NCBI GenBank assembly: GCA_963662435.1
Contig: OY759598.1
Span: 3,008,507-3,072,506 of the forward strand
DNA: 64,000 nucleotides
Direction of reading: 5' to 3'
Source of the DNA: Dehalococcoidia bacterium
Lineage (GTDB): Bacteria; Chloroflexota; Dehalococcoidia; Lucifugimonadales; VXLM01
Position numbers and translations under genes: made by a program
Shown: positions 9,182 through 18,792 of the stretch, piece after piece
Position numbering within the stretch: position 1 is the first letter of the stretch
Layout: every line of letters begins with the position of its first letter
The notes under the pieces: model-generated
What the model saw: only the letters and a program-made list of their open reading frames with translations
The model's database searches: none
What the model was told of the DNA's origin: nothing

Positions 9182-10642
9182 ATGGACTTCAACAACTACG
9201 ATCTCGATACGGCCATCTACGACGAAATGTTCCTGCAGGACGGCACTCCCAGGGAGCATTGCCGGCAGCTCTTCGAGACCCTGACGGAGTTCACCGCCGA
9301 GGAGCTTGCCAGCATCCAGGAGCGGGTCGCCCGCTCGTTCTCCAACGAGGGCATCACTTTCACGGTCTATGGCGACGACGAGGCTGACGAGCGGATCATC
9401 CCCGTCGACAGCATTCCCCGTGTGATGTCCGCCCCTGACTGGCGCGAGATCGAGACGGGGCTCACCCAGCGCCTCAAGGCCCTCAACCTCTTCTTGGAGG
9501 ACGTATACGGCCCTTCCCGCAGCAATGACCAATTCGGGGTGCCGCGCATCGTCGACGACGGGGTCATTCCGGTCGACGTCGTGCGCGGATGTCCGCAGTA
9601 CCGCATCGAGATGCGCGGATTCTCCGCCCCATACGGCACGTGGGTCGCCATTTGCGGCACCGACCTCGTGCGGACCAACGACGGCTTCAAGGTGCTCGAG
9701 GACAACCTGCGCGTCCCGTCGGGCGTGTCGTACATGCTCGCGAACCGCAAGACGGCGAAGGCGAGCCTACGCCGCTTGTATCGAGCCGTGAAGGTGCAGG
9801 AGATCGAACACTACGGTCAGGTGCTCCTGCAGACCCTGCAAGAACTTGCCCCTGTGGGACGCACCGATCCAACGATCGTCCTCCTTACTCCAGGCGTGTA
9901 CAACTCCGCCTTCTACGAGCATGTATTCTTGGCGCAGGAACTCGGCGCGGAGTTGGTTGAAGGGCGCGACTTGCTGGTCAACGACGGGTTCGTCTACATG
10001 CGCACCACGAAGGGCCTGCGGCGCGTCGACGTGATCTACCGCCGCGTGGACGACGACTTCGTCGACCCGCTCGTATTTCGCCCCGACTCGCTGCTCGGCG
10101 TGCCGGGGCTGATACACGCCTACAAACTCGGAAACGTGTCCCTCGTGAACGCCCCCGGTACCGGCGTCGCGGACGACAAAAGCGTCTACGCCTACGTGCC
10201 GGACATGATCCGCTACTACCTTTCAGAGGAGCCGATTCTCGCCAACGTCGACACCCGCCTCTGCCGCCGCCCCGAGGACCTCGAATACACGCTGGACAAC
10301 CTGCAGGACCTCGTGGTCAAGCGCGTGGGCGAGTCCGGAGGGTACGGAATGCTGATTGGCCCTCACTCCACCGCCGAAGAGCGGGATGAGTACGCGAAAC
10401 AGGTCCGCGCCAATCCACCCGACTTCATTTCTCAGCCGGTGCTCGATCTGTCCCGCGCCCCGTGCGTCATTGACGGCCAGTTCGAGCCTCGTCACGTCGA
10501 TCTCCGTCCCTTCGTCCTGCACGGTCGCAAGACCCGCATCGTCCCCGGCGCTTTCTGCCGCGTCGCCCTCCGCCGAGGCAGCCTCGTCGTGAACTCCAGC
10601 CAGGGCGGCGGCGGCAAAGACTTCTGGGTGCTGGAAGAGTAA
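9182..10642 (+). CDS. Circularly permuted type 2 ATP-grasp protein
   Basis: VLEDNLRVPSGVSY, YNSAFYEH, VDVIYRRVDDDFVDP, GVADDK and VVNSSQGGGGKD motifs. Confidence 0.93.
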   Translation: MDFNNYDLDTAIYDEMFLQDGTPREHCRQLFETLTEFTAEELASIQERVARSFSNEGITFTVYGDDEADERIIPVDSIPRVMSAPDWREIETGLTQRLKALNLFLEDVYGPSRSNDQFGVPRIVDDGVIPVDVVRGCPQYRIEMRGFSAPYGTWVAICGTDLVRTNDGFKVLEDNLRVPSGVSYMLANRKTAKASLRRLYRAVKVQEIEHYGQVLLQTLQELAPVGRTDPTIVLLTPGVYNSAFYEHVFLAQELGAELVEGRDLLVNDGFVYMRTTKGLRRVDVIYRRVDDDFVDPLVFRPDSLLGVPGLIHAYKLGNVSLVNAPGTGVADDKSVYAYVPDMIRYYLSEEPILANVDTRLCRRPEDLEYTLDNLQDLVVKRVGESGGYGMLIGPHSTAEERDEYAKQVRANPPDFISQPVLDLSRAPCVIDGQFEPRHVDLRPFVLHGRKTRIVPGAFCRVALRRGSLVVNSSQGGGGKDFWVLEE

Positions 10643-10646
10643 CCGG

Positions 10647-11558
10647 TTGCAAAAGGCATCCACGTTCTTCCTGGCGCTTGCCTTCCTAACTGTCGCACTC
10701 GCGTGCGGGCAGCAGTCCCGCATTGCCTTCCACTCGGATCGTGACGGGAACTGGGAGATATACGTCATGAACGCGGACGGTTCAGACCCGACGCGCCTCA
10801 CCGATCATCCTGCGAGTGACACCTGGCCAAGCTGGTCGCCAGACGGAAGACGCATTGCATTCCATTCAAACCGCGACGATCCAGACCCGAACGACGATGA
10901 ACCCGTCTGGGACATATACGTCATGAACGCGGACGGCTCAGAACAGACGCGCCTGACGAATGTCTCGGCATGGGACTCCTATCCAAGTTGGTCGCCGGAC
11001 GGACAGAGCATTGCGTTCCAGTCGTACGGCGACGGGAATTGGGAGATTTACGTTGTGAACGCCGACGGCACAGGCCGGACTCGCCTGACTGAGAACCCGG
11101 CGACAGACGACAGTCCAAGCTGGTCGCCGTCAGGACGAAGCATTGTGTTCTATTCTGACCGCGACGGCAACGGCGAAATCTATGCGATGAGTGCGGACGG
11201 TTCGGGCCTGACGCGCCTTACCGATAACCCCGCCACCGACTTGTATCCAAGTTGGTCGCCCAACGGACGGTCCATGGCGTTCGCCTCTGGCCGCGACGAG
11301 CCTGGATTCCACAACATCTACGTGATGAACACCGACGGCTCGGGTCAAACGCGCCTGACCGATAACGAGGCGTGGGACTGGGCTCCTAGATGGTCACCTG
11401 ACGGTCGTTCCGTGGCGTTCGTCTCAGACCGCGACGACCCCGATCCAAACGACGATGTCAACAACTGGGGCATCTACGTGATGAATGTGGACGGCTCAGG
11501 CCAAACGCGCCTCACTGATAGCTCGACAAGTGCCTCAGGGCCCGACTGGTCGCCCTAG
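10647..11558 (+). CDS. TolB-like (PD40 repeat) beta-propeller lipoprotein
   Basis: Signal peptide with lipobox ALAC and about six repeats of PSWSPDGxxIAFxSxRDGNxEIYVMNADGSxxTRLT. Confidence 0.88.
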   Translation: MQKASTFFLALAFLTVALACGQQSRIAFHSDRDGNWEIYVMNADGSDPTRLTDHPASDTWPSWSPDGRRIAFHSNRDDPDPNDDEPVWDIYVMNADGSEQTRLTNVSAWDSYPSWSPDGQSIAFQSYGDGNWEIYVVNADGTGRTRLTENPATDDSPSWSPSGRSIVFYSDRDGNGEIYAMSADGSGLTRLTDNPATDLYPSWSPNGRSMAFASGRDEPGFHNIYVMNTDGSGQTRLTDNEAWDWAPRWSPDGRSVAFVSDRDDPDPNDDVNNWGIYVMNVDGSGQTRLTDSSTSASGPDWSP

Positions 11559-11679
11559 TGGCCGAGGCTTCGCAGTATGCGGGTGAGTTCCCTGTAAGTC
11601 ACACTGGAACCAAGAGTTCGTTGGCTGTAGTTGAGTCGATCAGCGTCGATGCGCCGCTTCCCTGCTCACGGCAAATTAA

Positions 11680-11789
11680 GTAACTGTTCAGACCTCGTGA
11701 GAGCGCTCAACACACTCGGCCACCGTCATACCCGCGAAGGGGGTTTCCACAGAGAGAGGATGTTCCTGTCATCAACCCTGAGTAGTTAC
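11680..11789. mobile_element. 110-bp MITE-like element
   Basis: Ends GTAACTGTTCAG and CTGAGTAGTTAC (10/12 inverted match). Degenerate 8-bp flanks CAAATTAA/CGAATTGA. Carries a GTCATACCCGCG repeat. Confidence 0.45.
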
Positions 11790-11932
11790 CGAATTGAAGC
11801 ACTCCTTTATCTGGCCTCATATGTTGTAGTAAGCTATCGCCCGATCGCATGGCCGGACAGTCAACGGCGAGTCGACCCTGCCGGACTCCGGCCAGGCAGC
11901 AAGGAAATCCAAGTTCAGGAGGAGTGGACGCA

Positions 11933-12898
11933 ATGCTCTCACGGAGCGCACAGGGACTCTACTGGATGGGTCGCTATTTGGAGCGGGCCGAGCACCTGTG
12001 CCGCCTGCTTCGATTGCAAACGGAGGCACTGGTCGACCGGCCCGTAGAGGAAATCTACTTCGGCTGGAATCGCATCTATGGCAGCATGAGGCGAGAGCCG
12101 CCCCTGGGCGTAATCGAGCTCGACAGCGACGAGTACACCCTCGCCGACTCCTACACCCTCGCGGACGACCTCACCTTCGAGAGCGCGAACCCAGACTCGG
12201 TGTGGAGTTGCTTCGCCTTGGGCAGGGAGAACGCGCGGCAGATGCGCAACTGCATCAGCGCCGAAATGTGGACTCACCTCAATCTGGCCTACCTGCGGAT
12301 TCAGCAGCTCGATATCCAGAAGATCTGGAGGGTCTCCCCTGAGAACTTCTACTCCGAAACGGCCGCTGAAATCGACACCTTCGCGGGCGTGGCCGAGGCG
12401 ACCATGTACCGCGACGAGGGCTGGGAGTTCCTGCAGCTCGGTCGCGTCATCGAGCGGTCCCAACTCCTGGTCGCCCTTTTGCTCTTCCAACTCGATGTCG
12501 AGGAGGAGGTCGAGGAAGACTCCGACGCCGACTGGACGACGCTGCTCCGCGCCTACCACGCCTTCGAAGCCTACAACCGGAAATTCAGCGTCGAGGTCCA
12601 GTCTGGGCAGGTGCTCGATCTGCTCGTTTCCGACCCGCTCATACCCCGTTCGCTCTCTCGGACACTGGACATGATGGCGGCAAACCTTGCTTCTCTCGGA
12701 AGCGGTTCGGACGAACGCTCCGGAGGCGAGGCCCAAAGACTGGGGGGACGCATGGGGGCCCTCGTACACTATGACTGGCCCGATACCGAGGATCACCGTG
12801 GACTCTTGAAGCGGGTACGCGAGTACGGTCGCGACCTTCATGGCCTCCTCAACGCAGCCTACTTCGAATACGCCATCGAAGACTTCCCGGTTCGCTGA
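11933..12898 (+). CDS. Alpha-E domain-containing protein
   Basis: MLSRSAQGLYWMGRYLERAE, RENAR, LGRVIERS and PRSL motifs; ATP-grasp operon context. Confidence 0.92.
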   Translation: MLSRSAQGLYWMGRYLERAEHLCRLLRLQTEALVDRPVEEIYFGWNRIYGSMRREPPLGVIELDSDEYTLADSYTLADDLTFESANPDSVWSCFALGRENARQMRNCISAEMWTHLNLAYLRIQQLDIQKIWRVSPENFYSETAAEIDTFAGVAEATMYRDEGWEFLQLGRVIERSQLLVALLLFQLDVEEEVEEDSDADWTTLLRAYHAFEAYNRKFSVEVQSGQVLDLLVSDPLIPRSLSRTLDMMAANLASLGSGSDERSGGEAQRLGGRMGALVHYDWPDTEDHRGLLKRVREYGRDLHGLLNAAYFEYAIEDFPVR

Positions 12899-12902
12899 CA
12901 CG

Positions 12903-13778
12903 ATGCCTAACTCGATCCGCTACGACATCGAACACGTCTCCCACTATCTTTACTCCACGCCCATTCGGCACAGCGTCATGTCGCTGTGCATGAGGCCCCG
13001 CGACGACTCCGGCCAGCGGCTTCTGAGTTTCGAAGTGAGAACGAGACCCTCGTCCTCGCTCAACGCCGAGACGGACGGCTTCGGCAACACGAAGCACGTC
13101 CTCAACATCCACCGCGAGCACACAACACTGGAGATCATCTCCCGGTCCACGGTCGAAACGACTCACGCCGCCCCCCTTCCAAACGCGCTGGGCACCGGCG
13201 CATGGGACGAGGTCCGCTCAAGGACAGCGGGCTTCACCCAGTGGGAGTTCACTCGCCCTAGCGTATTCGCCCAGCCCTCTCCGATGCTCGCCGACTACGT
13301 CGACCGGCAGGGCATTGCGCCGGGCGACGACCCCCTGCAGTCCCTGGTACGCCTGCGCGACACGATCCACCAGAGCTTCGATTACGTGCCGGGGAGCACC
13401 ACGGCCGTCTCACCCATCGACCACATCCTCGAGACCGGCCAGGGCGTCTGCCAGGACTACGCCCACGTTATGATCACCATCGCGCGCTCATGGGGGGTGC
13501 CGACCCGTTACGTTTCAGGCTACGTGTCCGCCCGTAAGGATGGAATGGTTGCCCAGCAGTCGGCCACCCATGCCTGGGCGGAGTGCTACCTCCCTGAAAT
13601 CGGCTGGACGGAGTTCGACCCCACGAACCCGGAACTCCCGAACGAGCGCCGCGTCCGCGTGGCAATTGGCCGCGACTACGATGACGTGTCCCCGACCCGC
13701 GGCGTCTTCGTGGGCAACTCCGACAGCCTTTTGGAGGTCAGCGTACAAATGCGACCGGTGGAACCGCCCCTCTCCTGA
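12903..13778 (+). CDS. Transglutaminase family protein with bacterial N-terminal domain
   Basis: Catalytic triad motifs GVCQDYAH, HAWAE and FDPTN, plus GRDYDDVSP. Confidence 0.93.
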   Translation: MPNSIRYDIEHVSHYLYSTPIRHSVMSLCMRPRDDSGQRLLSFEVRTRPSSSLNAETDGFGNTKHVLNIHREHTTLEIISRSTVETTHAAPLPNALGTGAWDEVRSRTAGFTQWEFTRPSVFAQPSPMLADYVDRQGIAPGDDPLQSLVRLRDTIHQSFDYVPGSTTAVSPIDHILETGQGVCQDYAHVMITIARSWGVPTRYVSGYVSARKDGMVAQQSATHAWAECYLPEIGWTEFDPTNPELPNERRVRVAIGRDYDDVSPTRGVFVGNSDSLLEVSVQMRPVEPPLS

Positions 13779-13815
13779 TTCCGACGGGGCCTATCGCTCC
13801 GTACGGTCGCCCCCG

Positions 13816-14196
13816 CTATCCCTCCGTCGTCTCCCACGCTGGGTCGATCGACTCCGCCATGCGCTCCTTGTAGTCCTCGCGGGGCGGCGAGAAGATGTCG
13901 AGCACGAGGGCCTTGTCTGGTCCCCCGTGCAGGGCGTGTGGCACCCCGCCGGGTATGACGTACGACACCCCGCGCTTCAAGGTCTGGCGCTCCCCGCCGA
14001 TGGTCATGTCGAACTCGCCTTCGAGCACCATGCCCGCCTGCTCGTGCGGATGCGTGTGCTCGGGCACGTCCGTGTGAGGGTCGGTCTCGATCAGGCTCAT
14101 CATCACCTTGTCGCCCCACAGAGTGCGGATTCGCACTCCCGGTACGATCTCGACCGGGTTGACCTGAAAGATATCGGTGAAATAGGGCATTTCCAT
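13816..14196 (-). CDS. Cupin domain protein
   Basis: PEHTHPHEQ and IPGGVPH cupin motifs, plus DIFSPPRED. Confidence 0.9.
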   Translation of the reverse strand: MEMPYFTDIFQVNPVEIVPGVRIRTLWGDKVMMSLIETDPHTDVPEHTHPHEQAGMVLEGEFDMTIGGERQTLKRGVSYVIPGGVPHALHGGPDKALVLDIFSPPREDYKERMAESIDPAWETTEG

Positions 14197-14252
14197 CTCC
14201 TAACACGTGGTGTTTGTTGTGTAGTGTCTCGCGGGCATAAGTTGCCGTGCTG

Positions 14253-15443
14253 CTATCCCGACGGGTTCGCCCCGCTCCGCTGCGCCTCGTAGTCCGTGCC
14301 GGCCTTCTTGAGGGCATTGGTGCGTAGATCCTTCAGGTGGTCTCGCTTCTCGATGGACCACTTCTCCGACGCTGTCAGGTTATGCAGGGAGTTCTGGAAC
14401 TGCGGGGCGACATAGCGTGCGATGAGCTCGTAGCTTCTCATCACCTGCTCGCGGTTGCCCCACTCGGTCGCCACGAAGAGTACCCCGCCGAACCCGCCGC
14501 TCTCCTCATCGAGCCGGTGAATAGTCTCGATCAGATCGTCGGGCGTTCCTACAACCCATCGTCCTGACTCGGTCGCCGCGTCGATGGTCCCCTCACCCGG
14601 TCCGTCGTAGAGCGGTTCGTGGCCCATAACCGTTTCGAAATAGTGCCGCTGGAACTTCGTGGACCCCTCGCGCGCTATCTCCACGGCCTCCTTCTTCGAG
14701 TCGGCAAGAAACGCGTGGATGACCAGCCTCCACTCGCTGCGGTCCATCTGCTTGCCGTGACGTTCGGCCGTCTCCTCCGCGATGGACCAGAAGTCGTTGA
14801 GGCTGCGTGCGTCGTGCCGCTTCATTACCGTCGGATCGGCGATGGATAGCACCGACGCGCCGTGGCGTCCCGCAAGCTCCATGCCCGACGGCGACATCGC
14901 CGCCGCTACCGCCACCGGGAAGTGCGGCTTCGTATACGGCTGAAGGTGCAGACGCGCCTCGTTGAGGGTGAACCAGTCAGACTCGTACGTTATCGGCTCC
15001 GTCTCCGTCAGGAGCCGCATGATGATGTCGAACGACTCGCCCATGCGGTTGCGCTGCGTGAGCGGGTCGATGCCAAGCATGTAGGCGTCCGTCGTCAGCG
15101 CCCCGGGCCCCACGCCGAGCATCACTCGTCCCCTCGTGAGGTGGTCGAGCAGCACCATCCGGTTCGCCACCATGAGCGGATGGTGGTACGGCAGGCTGAT
15201 GACCCCTGTCCCGAGGTTGATGTACTTCGTCCGCTCTGCCGCGACGCCCATGAACACCTCAGGCGAGGCGATGGTCTCCCATCCCGCCGTGTGGTGTTCG
15301 CCGATCCACGCTTCGTCGAAGCCCAGAAAATCGAGCCACTGGATGAGTTCGAGGTCGCGCTCCAGGCCGAGCGTTGGATTCTCGCCCAGCACGTGGAACG
15401 GTGCCAGGAAGATGCCGAACTTCATACGGTCGGGAAGAGTCAT
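14253..15443 (-). CDS. LLM-class flavin-dependent monooxygenase (limonene monooxygenase-like)
   Basis: MKFGIFLAPFH, AWIGEHH, LPYHHP and GRVMLGVGPG motifs. Confidence 0.9.
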   Translation of the reverse strand: MTLPDRMKFGIFLAPFHVLGENPTLGLERDLELIQWLDFLGFDEAWIGEHHTAGWETIASPEVFMGVAAERTKYINLGTGVISLPYHHPLMVANRMVLLDHLTRGRVMLGVGPGALTTDAYMLGIDPLTQRNRMGESFDIIMRLLTETEPITYESDWFTLNEARLHLQPYTKPHFPVAVAAAMSPSGMELAGRHGASVLSIADPTVMKRHDARSLNDFWSIAEETAERHGKQMDRSEWRLVIHAFLADSKKEAVEIAREGSTKFQRHYFETVMGHEPLYDGPGEGTIDAATESGRWVVGTPDDLIETIHRLDEESGGFGGVLFVATEWGNREQVMRSYELIARYVAPQFQNSLHNLTASEKWSIEKRDHLKDLRTNALKKAGTDYEAQRSGANPSG

Positions 15444-15472
15444 GTCGTCTCCTGTCCAGCCAAATTCGCCCC

Positions 15473-16252
15473 CTATCCTACCACTCGTTTCGCCTCGACC
15501 CAAAGGGCATCCTTCTCGTCGAACGACAGGTCGGACACCGACTGGCCGCGCTCGCGGGCAAGTTGCTCCATGTGATTGAAGCGGGCGCGAAACTTGTGCC
15601 CTGTAGCCCGCAGCGAGTCCTCTGCGTCCAACTTGAGCCAGCGGGCGACGTTGACCAGCGTGAAGAGCACGTCGCCATACTCGGCCTCGCGCTCCTGCGG
15701 GGTCTTCGCCCCCTGCAGTTCGTCGAGCTCCTCGCGGACCTTGTCGAGCACTCCGTCGAAGTCATCCCACTCGAACCCGACCTTGGAGGCGCGGTTGCCG
15801 AGCGCTTGGGCGTACGACAGGGAGGGCATCGCACGCGGTATCCCGTCGAGGGTGCCCTTGTCTTTGTTGGACGGCTCGGCGCGCTTGATGTCTTCCCAGC
15901 GGGCCGCCACCTCTCCCGAGTCCTTGACCGTCGTGTCGCCGAAGACGTGCGGATGCCTCCGCATCAGCTTGTCGCGGACACCCGCCGCCACGTCCTCCGC
16001 GTCAAACTCGCCAGCCTCGTCGGCTATCTTAATTTGGTACACGACGTGATAGAGGACGTCTCCCAGCTCCTCGGCGATCTCCTCGCTCCTGCCCCCGTCG
16101 ATGGCGTCGACGAGCTCGTAGGTCTCCTCCAGCAGCATCGGCTTCAGCGACTCGTGCGTCTGCTCCCCGTCCCACGGACAGCCATCGGGTCCGCGCAAAT
16201 GGGCGCACAACGCCAATAGGCCTTCAAGTGTGGGAGGGAACTCCTGCGACAT
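15473..16252 (-). CDS. mazG: Nucleoside triphosphate pyrophosphohydrolase MazG
   Basis: GCPWD, EETYE, EELGD and RRHPHVF motifs, with a tandem second domain. Confidence 0.94.
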   Translation of the reverse strand: MSQEFPPTLEGLLALCAHLRGPDGCPWDGEQTHESLKPMLLEETYELVDAIDGGRSEEIAEELGDVLYHVVYQIKIADEAGEFDAEDVAAGVRDKLMRRHPHVFGDTTVKDSGEVAARWEDIKRAEPSNKDKGTLDGIPRAMPSLSYAQALGNRASKVGFEWDDFDGVLDKVREELDELQGAKTPQEREAEYGDVLFTLVNVARWLKLDAEDSLRATGHKFRARFNHMEQLARERGQSVSDLSFDEKDALWVEAKRVVG

Positions 16253-16472
16253 GAGGGTAGATTATCACCCGTCCGACGGACTGTACACTGGCATCACATC
16301 CCGTCATACCCGCGAAGGAAAGTCATCCCGCACATTGATACGGGGCCGTATCCAGAGGAGCAGGTCGCACTGCGGCGTCCGGTATCAAGTCTCAATACTG
16401 CCTCCCGTTTGACGCTCCGAAGAGCCGTTGATACACTCGCTCAAATTCCAACGTCACGAGGTGGAGGGAGAC

Positions 16473-17528
16473 ATGACACTGGTCTCGGAGCGGGCGCTGC
16501 GTATGTACTATGAGGCCATCGTTATCGACGGTCTCAATGTGAGCAACTGGGATAGCGATGAGGTGTACGTGTGCCTCAATGAGGGGGGCGTATCCGCCAT
16601 CAACGCCACGATCGCCACGTGGGAAAACTACCGCGAGACCCTCGACCACATCTCAAGGTGGCTCGTCCGGTTCCGTGAGCGCTCGGCTCGCATTTTGCTC
16701 GTCGAGAACGTCGAGGACATCCACCGCGCCAAGCGCGAGGGAAAGACCGGCATCATCCTCGGATGGCAGAACACCTCGCCCATCGAGAACCGTCTCGACC
16801 GGCTGGAACTCTTCCACCGTCTCGGTGTCCGCATCGCGCAGGTCACGTATCACGAGCGCAACCTTCTGGGTGATGGCTGCATGGAGCGGCAGGACGGAGG
16901 ACTCACCAACTTCGGAGTCGACGCCGTCAAGGAGATGAACCGGGTAGGAATTCTCGTCGACCTCTCGCACGTCGGCATGGCTACCACCATGGACGCGATT
17001 GAGGTCTCCGACAAGCCCGTCGCCATCACCCACGCGAACGCCAAGTCCTACTACGACCACCGGCGCAACAAGACCGACGAGGCGATAAAGCTCATGGCCG
17101 AGAAGGGCGGCGTCATCGGGGCGACGTGCATCCGAACGTTCCTGAAGCACTCTTTCGATTCGAACCTGGCCGACTACCTCGACGCTATCGACCACCTCGT
17201 CGACATGGTGGGCATCGACCACGTCGCCATCGGCACCGACCATACCCAGGACCAGCCGGAAGAGTTCTGGCGGTACATCGGCTCGCAGCAGGGCACGAAG
17301 TTCCCTTCCACCTTCACCCAGGTAGACGAAAAGCCCAAGCCCTGGCGGGACCTCTACCCCGACGAACTCGAGACACCCGCGAACCTGCCCGTCATGTCCG
17401 AGGCCTTCCTCATTCGCGGCTACTCCGACGAGGACATCCGAAAGCTCCTCGGCGGCAACTGGCTGCGCCTCTTCGAAGAGGTCTGGGCAGGGCAATCGCA
17501 TCTAAATGAAGTCTTAGACAAGTTATAG
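16473..17528 (+). CDS. Membrane dipeptidase (peptidase M19); last codons replaced by ISAs1 sequence
   Basis: LVDLSH, ITHAN, HVAIGTD and LGGNWLR motifs. The native end GTG AAG TAA is displaced to 18719-18727. Confidence 0.88.
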   Translation: MTLVSERALRMYYEAIVIDGLNVSNWDSDEVYVCLNEGGVSAINATIATWENYRETLDHISRWLVRFRERSARILLVENVEDIHRAKREGKTGIILGWQNTSPIENRLDRLELFHRLGVRIAQVTYHERNLLGDGCMERQDGGLTNFGVDAVKEMNRVGILVDLSHVGMATTMDAIEVSDKPVAITHANAKSYYDHRRNKTDEAIKLMAEKGGVIGATCIRTFLKHSFDSNLADYLDAIDHLVDMVGIDHVAIGTDHTQDQPEEFWRYIGSQQGTKFPSTFTQVDEKPKPWRDLYPDELETPANLPVMSEAFLIRGYSDEDIRKLLGGNWLRLFEEVWAGQSHLNEVLDKL

Positions 17529-18709
17529 AATTGGGGTCAATCTCATGTGGAGAGTGACCCATGGCGAGTGACACAGTGTCCCTGACCGAACACTTTGGCA
17601 GCTTGGTCGATCCGCGTATTGACCGTACCAAACGCCACAATCTAATGGACATCGTCACCATTGCGCTCTGCGGTGTCATAGCAGGTGCGGACAGTTGGGT
17701 GGACGTGGAGGCGTTTGGCAGGCGCAAGTCGGACTGGCTGCGCAAGATGCTGAACCTCCCTAACGGTATTCCATCCCACGACACGTTTGGCAGGGTCTTT
17801 GCCAAGCTGGATGCTCAGCAGTTCGAGCGCTGCTTCACCGAGTGGGTGTTGGCTGTGCGAGAGGTTCTGCAAGGTGATGTCGTAGCCATAGACGGCAAGA
17901 GAGTGCGTCGTTCGCACGACCGGTATATAGGGAAGGATGCGATCCACATGGTCAGCGCTTGGGCCTCTGCGAGCGGCGTAGCACTCGGACAGACCAAAGT
18001 AGACGGGCGCTCCAATGAGATCACGGCTATACCCCGACTGCTCGAAATGCTCCAGGTCGAAGGGTGCATCGTGACTATCGACGCCATGGGCTGCCAGAAG
18101 GAGGTCGCATCGAAGATCCTGGAGGAGAGAGCCGACTACGTGCTGGCGGTCAAGAAGAACCAGGGCCGCCTGCACGAGGATGTGCATGACACCTTCGACC
18201 TTGCCCGTAAGTCCGGCTTCGACAGTCTCGACCACGACTACCACGAGACGATAAATGCGGGTCACGGACGAGTCGAGACTCGTCGATGCTGGGCCGTGTC
18301 CGATCTCGACCACATCAGATACGTGGATGATGATGGGCAGTGGCCGGGGTTGAATACGTTGGTGATGGTGGAAGGCGAGCGACTCGTCGGTGGCAAGACG
18401 ACGGTGGAGTCGCGCTACTACATATCGAGCTTGCCAAACGATGCGAGTGTCTTGCTCAACGCGGTGCGCAGCCACTGGAGCATAGAGAACCAATTGCACT
18501 GGTCGCTGGACGTGACGTTCAATGAGGATGGAAGCCGGGTGCGTAGCGGGAACGGGGCAGAGAACTTCTCTGTGCTACGCCGCATGGCCCTGAATCTGCT
18601 CAAGGCCGAAAAGTCCACCAAGCGCAGCCTCGCCGGCAAACGAAAAGACGCCGCCTGGGACAATGACTATCTACTCAAGGTCCTTGCCCAATAAGATGCG
18701 ATTGCCCTG
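17488..18709 (+). mobile_element. ISAs1-family insertion sequence
   Basis: Perfect 16-bp terminal inverted repeats CAGGGCAATCGCATCT. 10-bp target duplication GAGGTCTGGG at 17478-17487 and 18710-18719. Confidence 0.95.
17561..18694 (+). CDS. ISAs1 transposase
   Basis: PSHDTF, AIDGK, SNEITAIP, TIDAMGCQ, HGRVE and HWSIENQLHW motifs. Confidence 0.96.
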   Translation: MASDTVSLTEHFGSLVDPRIDRTKRHNLMDIVTIALCGVIAGADSWVDVEAFGRRKSDWLRKMLNLPNGIPSHDTFGRVFAKLDAQQFERCFTEWVLAVREVLQGDVVAIDGKRVRRSHDRYIGKDAIHMVSAWASASGVALGQTKVDGRSNEITAIPRLLEMLQVEGCIVTIDAMGCQKEVASKILEERADYVLAVKKNQGRLHEDVHDTFDLARKSGFDSLDHDYHETINAGHGRVETRRCWAVSDLDHIRYVDDDGQWPGLNTLVMVEGERLVGGKTTVESRYYISSLPNDASVLLNAVRSHWSIENQLHWSLDVTFNEDGSRVRSGNGAENFSVLRRMALNLLKAEKSTKRSLAGKRKDAAWDNDYLLKVLAQ

Positions 18710-18792
18710 GAGGTCTGGGTGAAGTAAAACTAGTACTTAGTCAACTTGAATACAATGAACTGGCAGATGCAGTTTTGTCCCCTCTCCCGTCG

